Below, piece after piece: positions 12,137 to 25,912 of a stretch of DNA of 64,000 nt. The stretch covers positions 2,914,001-2,978,000 of the forward strand of contig OZ287068.1 of NCBI GenBank assembly GCA_965645245.1, written 5' to 3'. The notes under the pieces are model-generated. The model was not told where the DNA came from, did no database searches, and saw nothing but the letters and a program-made list of their open reading frames with translations. The stretch is from Massalongia carnosa (lineage: Eukaryota). How positions within the stretch are numbered: position 1 is the first letter of the stretch; the number at the start of each line of letters is the position of its first letter. A program made the position numbers and the translations under genes.

Positions 12137-15100
12137 GACGTACAATGAGTGGTGTGGATGGCTCTTAAAGAGTGGCAAGCCAAGAAGCGTAATCTCAAAA
12201 GAACGATGGGACCAAAGGATGAAGCCGTAACCCACGATATCTCTACCAATGAGAGACTTAAGGACAAGGAAGTAAGGCGATCTCGAATGTCTGAGAGAGC
12301 AAGAATGAGGGAGTTTCTTGGGCTTATATAGAGATGTTCTGTGAGCCCTCCATACAGACAAAATTTTGGACCCTGAGAAAACAACGAGGAAGATACCTAG
12401 CCCCAATAGCATCCAGCCGCTATGCAATAGGATTCGTATTCACGGGAAGCTCAGAGTGGCTTTCTGAGATCATGATGGAGTCATCTCAACAGCCGATGTG
12501 ACATGAATAGGGCTTAAGACCTAGACAAGAGGCCAGTCAAAGCCGGTAACTATCAAAAATCCCGGCTTTAGACTTCGACCAAGAGGCGAAAACCAGTACG
12601 CTGCACGTTGTACAGAAAGCACATCTGGCAGGCTTGCTACAAATTGGGGTTGTTCGTTTGGCAATTCTTGATTCAATCTGACTATGAACCCTTCAGATAC
12701 ACGGATTTTCAGCAAGGCTTATCCACGGACCTGCTTAGCTGTTTTTGGGGCTCCAACGCGTAGGCGCACCAGCTTGGATGGGGCTTTTGGCATATGTCCG
12801 TTTGGATGTAACGGGCTAACTCCCTGATGGTTATCGATAGCTAGTGGATGAAGGCGTTGGCAAGTGTAGCCGCTGATGGCAAGGACAGAGACTTTTGGCT
12901 GCAAATGACGAGGTCGGAGATTTGGGGGTGATGAACGTTACATTTAGCCCAACGAAGGATTCAATCACAGGGGATTGACTGTCACTTTCGGCTATCCGCT
13001 ACCAATATAGCTCAGAATCAGCCACAAGAGGTATTTGTGTATGGGAGACGTGGAGGCGGGCTTGTTTTGACGAGAATCGTACATAAACGAAGCAGGCAAG
13101 CGCAGATCTCCGATGCGAGATGATACCTGATACCTAGGTAGTTAGCTGCAACGATAAACCAAGAGGTTGGGATTAAACTGCAGGGCTGCTCTGCCCCCAT
13201 GGCTCCATCGATGCTGGTGTTCCTAGCAATCACGAAGTTGAACTCGCCTGCGACAAAAATAAATACCTTGGGTACTCATAATTTCGGGGACGGTTGATGT
13301 CATCGTTCAAACAGAGCATCCGAACCAGTAAGCTCCTGGTACTCTGTACTCCTTTTCCGAATTCCTGATACTTCTGTAGTCAGTTTGGCCGTCAAAATAT
13401 CCCTTGGCATGTTATTGCTTATTGTAAGCCGAGGACAAAGGATTAGCTAGGGCTAATTAGGATGAGCAACGTTAAGGGGTTCTTCCATCCCGAAAGTGAG
13501 TAACTAGCACGATTAGGCGACAGCATCCGTTCCAAACCTTATTTGCTAGGTATTGATCGTCGGTAGACCTCATCCTTGAATAGTAGACGGCCTTAGGGAT
13601 GACCCGCATGGGCTTTGAGGATAGCTGCGTGGGCTTCCACAATCACCAAGGACCTTGCAAGCCCCATAGCATTATGAAAATGCGACGCGCTATAGATCGC
13701 GGGTTGATGGCGGGTTGGATAACAATTGGGTTGAGTATCATGCGATATCTAACAATACATTGGTAGGATCATGCGTAGAAACAGCCTGAAAAGGTTATGC
13801 GATAGCGTGGTGGCCACGCGAGCTTACAATGACGGCTTCTGCCTTGGACCGCAGCATTAGCGACGCTACACGAAGCAGGTACGAGATCCAAGGATTTGGT
13901 CCAATATGTATGTGCTGTCCGCCCCCGATTCGTTGATGTTAATAATAACTCAACACCACGTCAGGTGAGCAGTTCTGAACTGCGATGAGCATGAAAAGTT
14001 ATGGGATTTTCTTCATTGGCCGCGTGGGAAAGTTAGGTCGATATGCCGCCCAATGGGGAATCTCCACCTCCAACATGGAGAAAGCAGGTGAGCCGATGCA
14101 ACATAGTATACGGGGCTGATACTGACACATCACCACACAAGGCTATGCTTGATGGTTGAATATAGTTTTCCTGATTTGTAGGCAGAAACTCCATGCTCGA
14201 GGCAATAAAAAAGCTGTTGCGGCAGCTACTCTGTAGAACGGATGATCCGCTGTTAGATGGTTTTCTGAGGAACCACCCGACTGGTTTGCGCCTGGTTTGA
14301 TCCTGAACTGATCACCGTCCAGGGCCGACTAATCACGTTATTCTTCCATACTCTGTGTATCCGGCCCTAAGCCTTGTCCGTGACAGCCAACTATATCCCG
14401 ACTTTTTGACTTTGGGGGAGGATTTGATGGCTACCACCAAGCAGCCACACTCTTGGTAGCGATATAGGGCGGCAAGATGGGTCAGGACGATAACCGGCAC
14501 ATGTGGTGTTACAGCGCATACTATAGAGTAGCAATCCATGGTTTTCACAGAGGACTCTGTACATAATCACGATATAAGTTACATGAAGACAAAAATGATC
14601 AGAGCTTCCCAGGTGTAACGACGAACCAATCATGAGCTTGATTAATGTCGATCGCTAAAATATGAGTTTACTGGTTAATACGAAGTACCTATTCGGGAGA
14701 GTATCACACGTGATCCGTGTGAATACATGCCTAGTACTCCGTACTCCGTAATTGGAGTTCTCGGCAGTCCCTTACCTTAGCGTCCCTTTTTTTTATCCCG
14801 ACGTGCCTCACCCGGCTTGGTAGGCGATCTGCGGATCATCCTGGCTGTCTGTTACGAAGTACACTCTATTCTGTACTGTGTACAATATCTTCTGTACCGG
14901 TATCTAAGTTGCCCACGGACATGACTTATGCATGTGTTGAAAATGGGTCTAATGGGTCTAATGGGAGAGATATCGCTTACGGAGTACACGAATTACACGG
15001 AGTGTTCTGTACACTGTACAGAGTAGAAAATCACCCGTTTACATAGCCTTCAAGATTGAAGCCAAGGACCGTTGACAACTCAAAATGAATGAAGGGAAAA

Positions 15101-17340
15101 AGCACTCCGTGCCGACGGTGCTTGGCATTCCGGGTATGAGTGCGGTACATAGTACCTCTGTACAGAGTAGGCACTCCATACGGAGTAAATCTTACCTGAC
15201 TGACGTTGCCAGATTGAGCCATACACCCAATCCACCAGCATGGCTCGCATCTCCCGCCACGGCCAGAGCGTCTGCATATTCAGGGACACCTCCACATGGA
15301 AATCTTCGGACTCTCGGAGCGAAGCAAGCTCGGCCCGCTTGCCCCGCATCTTCATCGAGAACTCTTTGTTGTAGCATCGATTCTCAACGTCTACGAGTCT
15401 TCAAAGCAATGGTTTAGCCCCTGTGCGTTGCTTTAATCCGTGAAGACCAGCCTGAGGGTGATTAGCAATTGGCAGCACACCCTCGGGAACGAGTCCAAGA
15501 GGAGGTCGTCCCACTCTAGCATTAGCACGATAAATGCCGTCTATCTCAATGCTAGCATAACAAAATGGACTTCGAGTATCGACTTGGCGTGACTACCACC
15601 TAGCTGACCATTACTGAACCCATCCCATTCGCACTACCCATGAAATGGCCCCAAAGGCGCAATGCCTTTGACCAACCCTAAGAGACTATTGATGAGCGTG
15701 TTTGCTCCTCTATCCTCTGCATCAGAGAGCCTTGTCCGAGCCGATAAGATTATCTAGCGGCACGCCTGCTTCAGTTGTGATACCCGGGAACACACACACC
15801 TTGCATATCAAAGGTTATTTGAAGACATTCCCAAGCCTCAAATTGGATTCGGGGTATTGATTTTAAGCCAAGTTGCGCGTAAAGATTATGCCATGTCAAG
15901 GGGCCGGTACTATCCTCGGCAAAAAGGCTGTGGGGCATCATGTGGCCATTGATGATGAAAGAATCCGCCTAGGGTGGCCATACGTACCTATGTTAGTTGT
16001 CTCAGACGGTATTTATTACTGGATACACGAACATATGCTAAGAGGTAGACAAAGACTTCTTTGATTTTCCTTTTCCAACTTTTTGGGGGCTGGGCAATTT
16101 GATGAACATAACCTGTGGCATCTATGAATAGACCCTCAATGTCATGTGGACCATATTGCTAGGACCCATCTTTAGGAGACATGGCTAGAATGGATCAGAT
16201 GGTTCTCTCGCCCTTTTCTGATAGTCCGGTTCCCGTGTGCCCATGATAGCTGAGTCTCATGCAAACGGCCTCGACTGCAAAATTAATGCAACGGAACAGC
16301 CCAGCAAAGCTGAAGGCCATGGGAAAAACCAATTACAGGCCCTGCGGTATGCCCTATGAAGATCGGCCGACTGGACTATCAGGATCAAAACGACCACGAA
16401 CCAAAGCCTGCGGCAATTTGCTAGCGAAGAAGCGCAGCTTTGATACGCTCTACGAATATCAAACATTGATGAGCGCCTATTTTCCCATAGAGCGTGCAAC
16501 GTTGCATCCTTTGTCTTTACCTTCTCATATTAATGGCCTACCTCATGTCCGAGATGACTTGAGAAGACGAGGTTTTCGATGACATCCCAAAGCACGAGTC
16601 ATTCTTAGAAGCCACCGATGTACTTGGTTCGCTTGGAGCCAACACAGCCAAATTAGGATCCTGGCCAGCCCCGAACTGTAGTATTACGGATGTTAGATTC
16701 ATCACTCGACTTCCTGCCAGTCTTGCTTTAGAGAAGCTGCTAATTTGTACATACAGATTGGTGGACTGGCAGAAATAAAATTTGAGAGAGCGAACAGCCA
16801 ACACATAACAACGGTATACAAGAAGAACATATACGAAGAAGAAAGGGAAAGGAATAAGACTGGCGATGATTTCTCAGACTCTAAAGCTTCATGTTATGGG
16901 TAATATCGAAATCCTCAACTCACAAAGAGAATCGAGAATATTCAGCAAAAAAAAAAAACGATCCGACGAGCAGCTCCATAGAATCTATTTTTTCCATCTT
17001 CAGTCAAGCTAAACCCTTAAGCACCATTTCTTCAAGAACCGTGCCACACATCTCATCGCCAATACGTGGGGTGGATCAATCTTCTACGGCTTAAATGCTA
17101 TCTTATGGGCGGCCTGGCTGTTTCGAAACACCCCACCCGTGCTAGGCTATATCAGAACTGGAGACAGTAATAGTGCAAGAAGAACAAAACGTCTAAGGCT
17201 CCTGTCTTACCGAAACAATTTCCTGGCAATAACTTATGTTGTTGAAATTTCTCTACAAGATCAAGAAGCACGAAGCATTTCAACACGAGTGGTGAGAATA
17301 GCAATTTCATAAATGAAATGTTACGCTCACTTTTAACAAA

Positions 17341-17470
17341 AGTAAGCATGTTTCGGCTTCGCTGCAGTAAGCATGTCTCGGCTTCACTGCAGTAAGCACG
17401 TCTCGGCTTCGCTGCAGTAAGCACGTCTCGGCTTCGCTGCAGTAAGCATGTCTCGGCTTCGCTGCAGTAA
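17341..17470. repeat. Minisatellite, 25-bp unit x5.2
   Basis: Consensus AGTAAGCAYGTCTCGGCTTCGCTGC repeated head-to-tail with no spacers. Confidence 0.95.
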
Positions 17471-18313
17471 CCTTTGGGCGATCATAACTGCTCAAAACGG
17501 GGATGAGGAATTCGCATCCTCTGCAACAGCTTGTTTTAAAACTACGGTGGCACATGCATACTGAGGTGGAGGCTCAGCATACTCAAGAGCATACATACGT
17601 AAGCTTTATCTCTGTGCCCATCCCTCCCCTTCCTTATCGGGTTGCTTTTGATTCGGGGGCCAACCGCTAAAGATCTCCTAACTTGATAAAACAATGCGAT
17701 CTGTCTTTTTGGTAGATGCATTGGTGCCTAGTTTACCTCGGGTTCTTAATATAAGAGTAACTAAGGTAAGGGGGAGGATAGGAGTAACAAGAATAAAAGT
17801 GATCGTTTCGGCTGGATCCTAGAAAGCCCAAAGGAATGTTTTAGGAGCAAATATTAGAAAATGACGTTTGATTGTCTTGAGGATTTCCTCATCGGCCGCC
17901 TCTTATATCATCCAATCACTATTTCCGACAACACTGGTTCACAAGGTTACAAAACCCCGTCCATGGACTCCCCGAAAAAGCATAGCAGATCCGCATGTAC
18001 TACATTCAACCACCAAGGAGACATGTATACGTCTCCGCTCATCAACAGTGCAATCTTACAAAAACATGTTGGGTCCCCGGGTTAGACGTCCATCAAAAAC
18101 ACCATATCCTCTAGGGTCATTAAATTACACTTTAAGTTAAAACTTGAAAAATCAAGATCACGAAACCCGTAGATACGGAGTACTTGATTTAGGAACAGGG
18201 CATTGTTCGCTAAACCGAGTCGTCCTACACTACGAAACGCTCTCTCCCATCCATTCATTCATCTGCATTATCAACCCTTTCTTTCCCTCCTGTCCGTTCC
18301 CGTTACCCTAACC

Positions 18314-18380
18314 CAATCAATCAGTCGATCCAATCAATCAATCGTTCAGTCAATCATTTCAACCAATCAATCAATCAATC
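18314..18380. repeat. Imperfect (CAAT)n microsatellite
   Basis: caatcaatcagtcgatccaatcaatcaatc...caatcaatcaatcaatc. A (CAC)n run follows at ~18445-18471. Confidence 0.75.
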
Positions 18381-19411
18381 ACGCCTCTTATTTAACTAAC
18401 CCCCACAAAAAAAGGGTTTCAAACGTCGCGGCCGCCATCTCCAGCCACCACCACCACCACCGCCACCACCACCTATTTGCCTATTGTGCATATGGAGGAG
18501 GTCACTAGATACTCTCTAGTTAACTAGGTAGTTGGTTAGTGCAAAAAGGCAAGCAAACCCAAAGACAGTACCCATTTCTTGGGGAAAATTTAGGAGAACG
18601 GAAATACCAAGTGAAGAAAATGGAAATAGGAGATTAGCGAACTGAACGGATTTTGGGCGGGGGTGGGGTTTAAGACGATTGATGCTAGTTAGTATGATGG
18701 AATGGGAAGGGGTTGTGAGATGGGTAGTTTTAAACCGTCCATTTATAGAAGCTCTACCCCTTATTATCTTCTCCCCAGCGGTTCGGAACCAGGACAATCT
18801 TGCTAGAACTAGTTAGCGTACATACATATCAGTATCAAGGTTGATATCTATCCTCCTCCTCCCCTCCCGGTGAGAACCTCCTCCAAAAAAATACCCACCA
18901 GGAAGAACTGGGGAAATTTCTCGCAGACAACCGCCTCCCCTCGTTCCCTTTCCTGTTCCTAGCACGCGGCTCCGATAGATAGACAGGTATGAAGATAGAT
19001 CTACATCTGCAGCAAGGTGTTTCGCGATCACGTATCTACTTACTCTGATTCTTTACATACAAACCACCGACCAACCCTAGCAAAAGAAAAGAAAAAGAAG
19101 CGAAAAATTAAAGATTCGCTCAAAAGCACGATTTTCCGCTACCTCTGTTTCTACACTTCTCCCAAGGCGAAGTTGTTGTGACCAAAACGCTAAAGTACGC
19201 ATGACGACGTTTCCCCGCCAAGAATGGTTTCGCTGTCGTGATGCTCATATATTCACCTCCACTACTTTAATCCCTCATTTCATGCGTATCGTAAATTTGG
19301 TCGTGAAAACTGGTTCGCTTTTTCCCCCTATGTTCTCTCCCTCCCTCCCGAAACAGCCCGGATCTTTCCGGGAGGAACCCGCATTATCAACAGATTACAA
19401 GACTCTTCTAC

Positions 19412-21821
19412 TCATCCTACCGTTCGCTGCCGTTTCTTCCCAGAACTCGTCACCCTTGCTTCCACGACGCCGCCACCTTCGTCGACCGTGTTCGCCGGAC
19501 TCGTCGCTTCGCTGCTGTTGACCGTCTCGACAATCCTCCCCGCCTGCCCGTCAGCACCCACGTTCCCTTCCACCCCTGCGTTCGGATACTCATACTCGGT
19601 TAGGAATCCATCGTCGCCGGTGCCAAGCCCATTATCAGGCGAAGAAATCTCGAAATTGAAATCGCCCATTTCGACGCCGTTGATGAAATCAAGCTCGCTC
19701 TCGGCGCTATTGGCTGCTCCCCCTCCTGTTAGACCGTCGTTGAAGTAGTCGCCGCTGTTGAAGATTTGGTCCATATCTAGCATATCCGTACCCGTATAGT
19801 TTTGCGTGTCGTACATGCCAGGGATGGAACCATTAGGGCTGAGCGGTGCAAGAACATTGGTGAGTTCGTCAACCTTCCGACCTTGATCTTTGACAGAGGT
19901 GCTTAGAAACTCTATCTGGTCCTTCGTGAAGTTGTACTGGGACATATTGGGTCCGCGGGGCGGACTTGGAAATGTAAAAGAAGTATTATTATTATTGTTG
20001 AGAAAGGAGTTGGGGCTACCATTAGACATGAGCTGTAAAACATCCTGGCGTTGGTTTGGCGTGAGCGGCGATTTGCCCTCGGCATGTTGTAAGTGTGAGA
20101 GAGCTTGAGGGAAATCCATGCGTTGTGTAGCGGGGAAAGATACGTTGGAAGCGTTGGAGGCGTTGATCATGGATAGTATGTCCGATTCAGGGATTTGGCT
20201 GTCTGAAAGGTTGACGTCGGACTTCATTTGAGGACTTTCTGAGGAGCGCTTCAAGATGGTATCGTCGCTAGTTGCTTGCATTGTGGTGGAAGGCGCAACC
20301 TGGCTGCACATGGATTGAGAACATCGTTGCGTTTGGGTGGAGAGCTGCGAGGACGGACGAAGCAGCGGACTGTCGGCGGAACTCCCTGGAGATGCGGTTG
20401 TTGCTCGTCCTATTTGTGGAGAGTGGGATGGAGGGGCTTTGAGAAGTAGAGTTTGCTTGCGGAAAGGTCGTTGAGGTTGACCATTTGGGTCTTGCGCCTG
20501 ATCTCCATAATCTCCGACATCCACTACATTTCCTTGGCCTTGAGAGTCTTGTGGTATGGCGCCTGCAAACATATTTGCAAAGTTTGGTCCACCCTGACCC
20601 TCAAGACTCCGATTATATACTGTAGCAAGGAACGTGAGAATAGCATTTATCGAGCTTTCATGTCTATCATGCAAACTCTGGAATGTTGCCGCCTGCCCAT
20701 ACAGTTTTTGATGTTCCTTGCGTGTTTGGTTCAACAAGCTGGAGATCACTTGCTGCTGATGCCGAACCGCCTGGAGTTCCCGCTGAAAGTTTGCCAGCTC
20801 CTCTTGAGGCAGTGTTCCTCCAGCTTGACCAAGCATTAACGGCTGTCGATTGTTGCGCAGGCTTGGCCCATGATCGGGTAAGGGTTGATTTACAGGGGTA
20901 GGAGCATCTCCGTCGTAAAAATCGTCTGCATCATCATCCATATTTCCATCGTCTTGTCGTGTTCTTGCACCTCCTTTCCCGCTACCTTTTCCATGAGCAT
21001 TCTTCGGCTTTTGAATGAGCCAAAGTAGGCTTGGTCTGCCTCGCTTGAAATATGAGTTATAATATTCACTTGGACTCTTGTTTTTCCTCTCGCTAGCCCG
21101 CATCGAGTTGTCGGAGAGTCCAACCTTCTTGTGAAACCCATACATGTTCAACTGCCTGACGAAAGATGCGTAGTTGTTGTGCTTAAATAACTCAGGGATC
21201 AGGGTCTTGGCAAATTCGTCTTCATCTGCTACAATAAAGGAGTCGCCGCTTTCTGACCATCGTATCAGTTCCGTGTTTCTGGACTCGTCAAGGAAACTGC
21301 AAGGAAACCGTAGATCAGCAAATGTTCATCCGTAAGACTTAAGGGACACACCTGCTTAGCTTTTGCACAAATGGTGGTATCTGTTTCCGCTTCGCTTGCG
21401 TATCCCGCTTGGCGATTTTAGCCTTTTGCTCTAGATCATCAATGCTACCAACCCAAGTCTGCTCTTGCGATGGCTGTAGGCTATCTTCAGTATTTACCGG
21501 CCATGCGTCATCGCCAGTTTGATTATAGGTTACCCTTGGAATCAGATGCTGCCCGATAGATCTCCGCGTCAGCTGGTTCGACGGCGCTGCTGATCCAGCC
21601 TGATCATCGAGCATGCCCTGATACATGTTCCCAGCAAAGTTAGCCGCAGGATCCGCATAATTAGGGGTCGAATTGACCGTATTCTGTTGAGGCCATTGTA
21701 GATATTGATCAGCTGCTTGCCGTGGAGATCCCTTTCCACCGTTCACAGCCGGTGATGGCTGTTGCGAGACAATAGGTGAGGCTCCGGGTGCAGGGCGTTT
21801 TCGCGATCCTACTTTTGACAT
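19412..21821 (-). CDS. HSF1: Heat shock transcription factor (one intron ~21298-21351)
   Basis: HSF DNA-binding domain KQIPPFVQKLS|SFLDESRNTELIRWS...FKHNNYASFVRQLNMYGFHKKV, followed by a heptad trimerisation region. Confidence 0.93.
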
Positions 21822-22686
21822 TGGGGGCCACTTTTTGCTCCTCTTTCCCTCACACAGCAAAAAACCATTTAACGGCCTGTTTATCGCGACGAATGTGTTA
21901 ACACCCTCCGAGTAACCCGGGTCTTCCGGTTTCGCAACGTCAACTTATTTTACCCTCGAACCGCGGCTTTATACACTCCCAGATTTTCTGATCGCCAATA
22001 TCCTAGATATTACGTTTTAGAATGACGGAAACTCAAAGGTAATCCAAATATTGCGTAGGTGGTGGATGGGAAGTTATTTTATGAAGAGTAGGCGATGGTC
22101 GCAAGGATGAGGCTTTCATTGACTGTAAAGTGAACAAATTATGCCTGCCTAGCCAATCGTTCTAGACATAAGCTCTAAGACCAGGCGTTCTTCTGATACT
22201 CTATTGTCTGAGGTCAAGGCGAGAGTCCGGGAAGGTGCAGTAAGGTAGCGACGACAGCTCCAGAAGCGGAAGAGAATGTGGTAGGACAAATGTATCTACT
22301 ATCTAGAAACTAAACGTCGCAGTGTATGAAGAGAGATTCAGTATATATGAGGGTTTGGAAGGGAAGTTTTAAAGTATTGACTGAACGGGCTTTTGGAGTG
22401 TTGGGACAGTGTTGCGTTTACGACGTAAGTATATATCTCAGAAGGCTCCGGCATCATCGTCATAATTAGCCCTAACGTCACTCCGCTCGCTTTCCTTTGG
22501 CTAGTCGGCGGAACTGTGTTATGCGCAAAGTACCTAAGGTACCTTACCACGCTTCAATCCATTTTCCTCATACAGCTTCAGATGCTGGATTCTACATCAT
22601 CTGGCTGCGGTCACAGAAAGTTTTAATGAATGGAATGGACTAATGATTCATTTGATGAAGTCTGATTCATATGAAACCCCATCAAT

Positions 22687-24282
22687 TCACCCCTTTTCTC
22701 CCGCTCTCCTTTCAAGTACACGGCCCCTTTCACGATCTCTGTCCCACACCTTACTCATACTACCACCATTGCGAGCCACCTTTTTAGCTCGACGCTCTTC
22801 TATAATCTCCTTTGTCTTCTCTCGCGGGTCAATAACTACAAGTTCTTCCTCATTCTTTCTTTTCCAAGTGAGATCTTTCCCAAGCCGATCCTTGTCAAAA
22901 CTCAAAGCATGCGACATCCACCCACTCCCCTCGTCGTCCTCCGCATGCGTGTTTTCCAACAAGTGTTTATCCCACGACTGGCATGACTGGCAGTTTGCAA
23001 TAAAGTGGAGATCACAGAGTGCTGCTTCTTCTTCATGCGGCGTTGGCTCTACACTGCCATTGTCAGATGGAGCCTCTTGCACAGTCGAGACCCGCGGCGA
23101 GGATGATCGTGATATTTCAACCTCTGGAGGCGCATTCTCCAGCTTCGCCCGAAAAGCATCGAGAATATTTAGCGTTTGAACATCCTTTGACGTATTTCCA
23201 TTTATCCCATGCTTCCGTTTCCGCCCGCGTGTAGCAGTTTCCGGAATCATCTGTTCTAGCGCAGACTTCTTTAGGCCACCTTTCTTTGAGAGGGGTGTGA
23301 TATTGCGTTTCATTGATGCCTTCATTTCTGCAATCTGGCGGTTTAGAAGAGTAGATATATTCTCCACAGCTGGCGACTCTGGCACCAGAGATGGGGAATG
23401 CGATGGCTCTTCATCGTTGGGCAAGGGAAGTTGCAGTTCCCGATTTGGCTTTGTGGTCACAAGAGGGGAGCTCGATCTCGTTGTCCTTTTTCGAACTGGC
23501 TTCTCCGTAGATTTCTCCATAGCGGTTGCTCCTCCATCTAGGTTCTTCGTATTAGTCGTTCCTTCATGGGCGCTCACCAGCTTGCTGTTGAATTTCTCTT
23601 TCTTAAGTATTGGTACTACCTTAATCTCTTCTCCATCGTCTGCTGCAAAGCTCAATAAAGCTTTCCCCGTCTTCTTCTTCCCTTTCTTCTTTTCCACCCT
23701 CTTGTTTTCAACTATACCATCAACCCTGCCCATCCCTTCCTTCCGCACCATGTCCTCAAATGGGTTGGCCAGAATCTTAACCCTAGTGATACTCGTCGGA
23801 TACAACGGCCGCTCCCCACCTCCTTCCGCTAAATCCGCCTCCCCCATCTTCATTAAATTATATATTGTATCCCCTACCACCCTTCCAAACATTGTATTTC
23901 TCCCCTCCAATTCGGTTGTCGCCCCCAGCGTTAAAAAAAACTGACTTCCGTTGTCGTTCTTCCGCCCAGAATTCGCCATTCCTAGCAAGCCCCTGCGGTT
24001 AAATTTCAAGCGACTGTGAAATTCATCTTCAAAGAGGCCGCCACCGTAAATGGCCTCCCCGCCTTCGCCGGTGCCTGTGGGGTCACCGCCTTGAATAACG
24101 AAGCCCGGGACCAGCCGGTGGAATATCGTGCCGGTGTAGTAGCCATCTAGGCAAAGCTGTAGAAAATTGCGAGAGGTGAGGGGGGTTTGCTTAGCAAATA
24201 GTTCGAGGAGGATATCGCCAGACGTTGTTTCAAGGACAACCTGAGCAGTGGGCTGCGGCTCGAGATTATAAAGAGCGCTCAT
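22687..24282 (-). CDS. CWC27: Spliceosomal cyclophilin-like protein Cwc27
   Basis: Intronless 531-aa ORF. MSALYNLEPQPTA N-terminus, FHRLVPGFVIQGGDPTGTG, DEFHSRLKFNRRG, and a long charged C-terminal region. Confidence 0.93.
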   Translation of the reverse strand: MSALYNLEPQPTAQVVLETTSGDILLELFAKQTPLTSRNFLQLCLDGYYTGTIFHRLVPGFVIQGGDPTGTGEGGEAIYGGGLFEDEFHSRLKFNRRGLLGMANSGRKNDNGSQFFLTLGATTELEGRNTMFGRVVGDTIYNLMKMGEADLAEGGGERPLYPTSITRVKILANPFEDMVRKEGMGRVDGIVENKRVEKKKGKKKTGKALLSFAADDGEEIKVVPILKKEKFNSKLVSAHEGTTNTKNLDGGATAMEKSTEKPVRKRTTRSSSPLVTTKPNRELQLPLPNDEEPSHSPSLVPESPAVENISTLLNRQIAEMKASMKRNITPLSKKGGLKKSALEQMIPETATRGRKRKHGINGNTSKDVQTLNILDAFRAKLENAPPEVEISRSSSPRVSTVQEAPSDNGSVEPTPHEEEAALCDLHFIANCQSCQSWDKHLLENTHAEDDEGSGWMSHALSFDKDRLGKDLTWKRKNEEELVVIDPREKTKEIIEERRAKKVARNGGSMSKVWDRDRERGRVLERRAGEKG

Positions 24283-24503
24283 GGTTTAGAAATGTCCCTC
24301 GGAAACCGAAAGCTGAATTGTGAGAATCGCGAAGGGTGCCATCGATTGATTTCGAACAGACAGGGCTTAGCGAAATCTGAATTCATTACTAGGGCTGATT
24401 TACATATCTAAGGTGCAAAACAGAAGTTGTCATACATACATGAAGTAGGTTGTTTATGAGCCGGAGACTTTTTAATTAAATATTTGAGCTAATACAATTT
24501 CTA

Positions 24504-25912
24504 CTATTTAGTTCCTCCATGCGCCATCAAATCTACACCATTTCGAATGATACCCACCAAACCCCCTGTCTGAACAGTCTCTCCGCCACCACCGCTCAAT
24601 CGGTATTCCACCTCTGCTAGTCCCTCGAGCCATGCCACCCTCGTCTGCGGCGGGACTTCCAACTTCCCCAGTTCTTCCCCCAACGCAGTAAGAATATCTG
24701 CTAGCGCGAGGCCTTTGTTAGCTTTAAGGACGTTGATGGTATTGAGACATGATGTGATGTCAGCATTTCGTAGTAGGGTGGAGAGAATCAGCTGTATGTC
24801 GTCAGGATGCGGCGCTGCGACGCAGTCATATATGGTAGTGTTGGTGATTAGTTCGCGTTTTATCTTTGATGGATCCGGTGGAGGTTGCCCTTTGATATGG
24901 AGTGGTGTACCTGATATAGGAATTTAACACTACAGTTTGGAACTTCGGTACCACGCACTTACTGCTGGCGTGGCAAGCCTGAAGCACATTGAGAGCTCGG
25001 CGCATGTCTCCCTTACTCAACCGTACCAAGCTTACAGTCGCTTCTTCTTGAATCTTAACCTCCTCCTTTTCTATGACTTGATCGATTAAGACTCTGATAT
25101 CTACGTCTTTCAACGGACTAAACCGAAACCGCGAGCATCGTGAGAGTAGCGCAGGAGACAGTTTGTGCGTATAGTTGGCGATAATGCAGAAGCGTGTATT
25201 CGCGGTGTATTTCTCCATAATACGGCGCAGGGCCATCTGAGCTACCGATGTCATAGCATCGGCTTCATCCAAGATTATGAGCTTAAAGCCACGGATAGAA
25301 GAGGCCTCGCCTACTACTGGTGCTGCAGAGAATATCTGTTTGGTACCTTTGGGTGCCCATCAGCGCCTACTGATCATCCAGGGGTGCGCAATGATCCTCA
25401 CTTGCGAACGTCTTGATTTGTTCTCGCACAACATCAATGCCACGGTCATCGCTAGCGTTCAGCTCCAGAACCATCTGGCGCATGTTCTTATTGCCATAAA
25501 TCCGCCGGGCCAGGGCTAGAATAGTCGATGTCTTGCCAGTCCCGGGAGGGCCATAGAGGAGAAGATGTGGTAGTCGCTAAATTTGGATCAGTGCTAAGCA
25601 GAGCATCATATTCTGGGCGAATTAACATTGGTATCGATAAATTTGTTTATGGTTGCAAGTATATCTTGATGTCCTGATACATCATCTAAAGTATCTGGTC
25701 TATACTTTTCTACCCTAGAACGGTCAGTGGAGTCTTTCCAGCGTGGAAAAGCCAATGGATGTTTGCGATCACCATGGTAGACTGTCCTCCGCTTCTACAG
25801 GTAGATTTGCAGCGCTCCTTTTTCCTCTTGCATTTGTGTTATCCGAGCTAAACAATATTGAATCCTTCACAGGTGGCGCATCCACATCCATTTCATCTTC
25901 GTAGTCTGACAT
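24504..25912 (-). CDS. RFC3: Replication factor C small subunit (yeast Rfc3 / human RFC5)
   Basis: [57 protein letters not shown] and [11 protein letters not shown] motifs. Multi-exon. Confidence 0.92.

Noticed and set aside
15870..16800. Short ORFs that might be a decayed gene
   Set aside because: No recognisable domain or consistent splice structure.
17066..17136. tRNA-like segment with GTGGGGTG/CACCCCAC ends and TTCGAA
   Set aside because: No D-arm or anticodon arm can be built.
17341..17470. CRISPR-like array
   Set aside because: Units abut directly with no unique spacers, the context is eukaryotic, and there are no cas genes.
18300..18330. CCCTAACCC as a telomerase RNA template
   Set aside because: It is a single 9-mer at the edge of a CAAT microsatellite. 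No pseudoknot or other TER element was recognised, and a chance match is plausible.
22643..23944. Long antisense ORFs over CWC27 (similar ones overlap PMA1, the WD40 gene and the MMU163-like gene)
   Set aside because: These are shadow frames of real genes, explained by codon bias.
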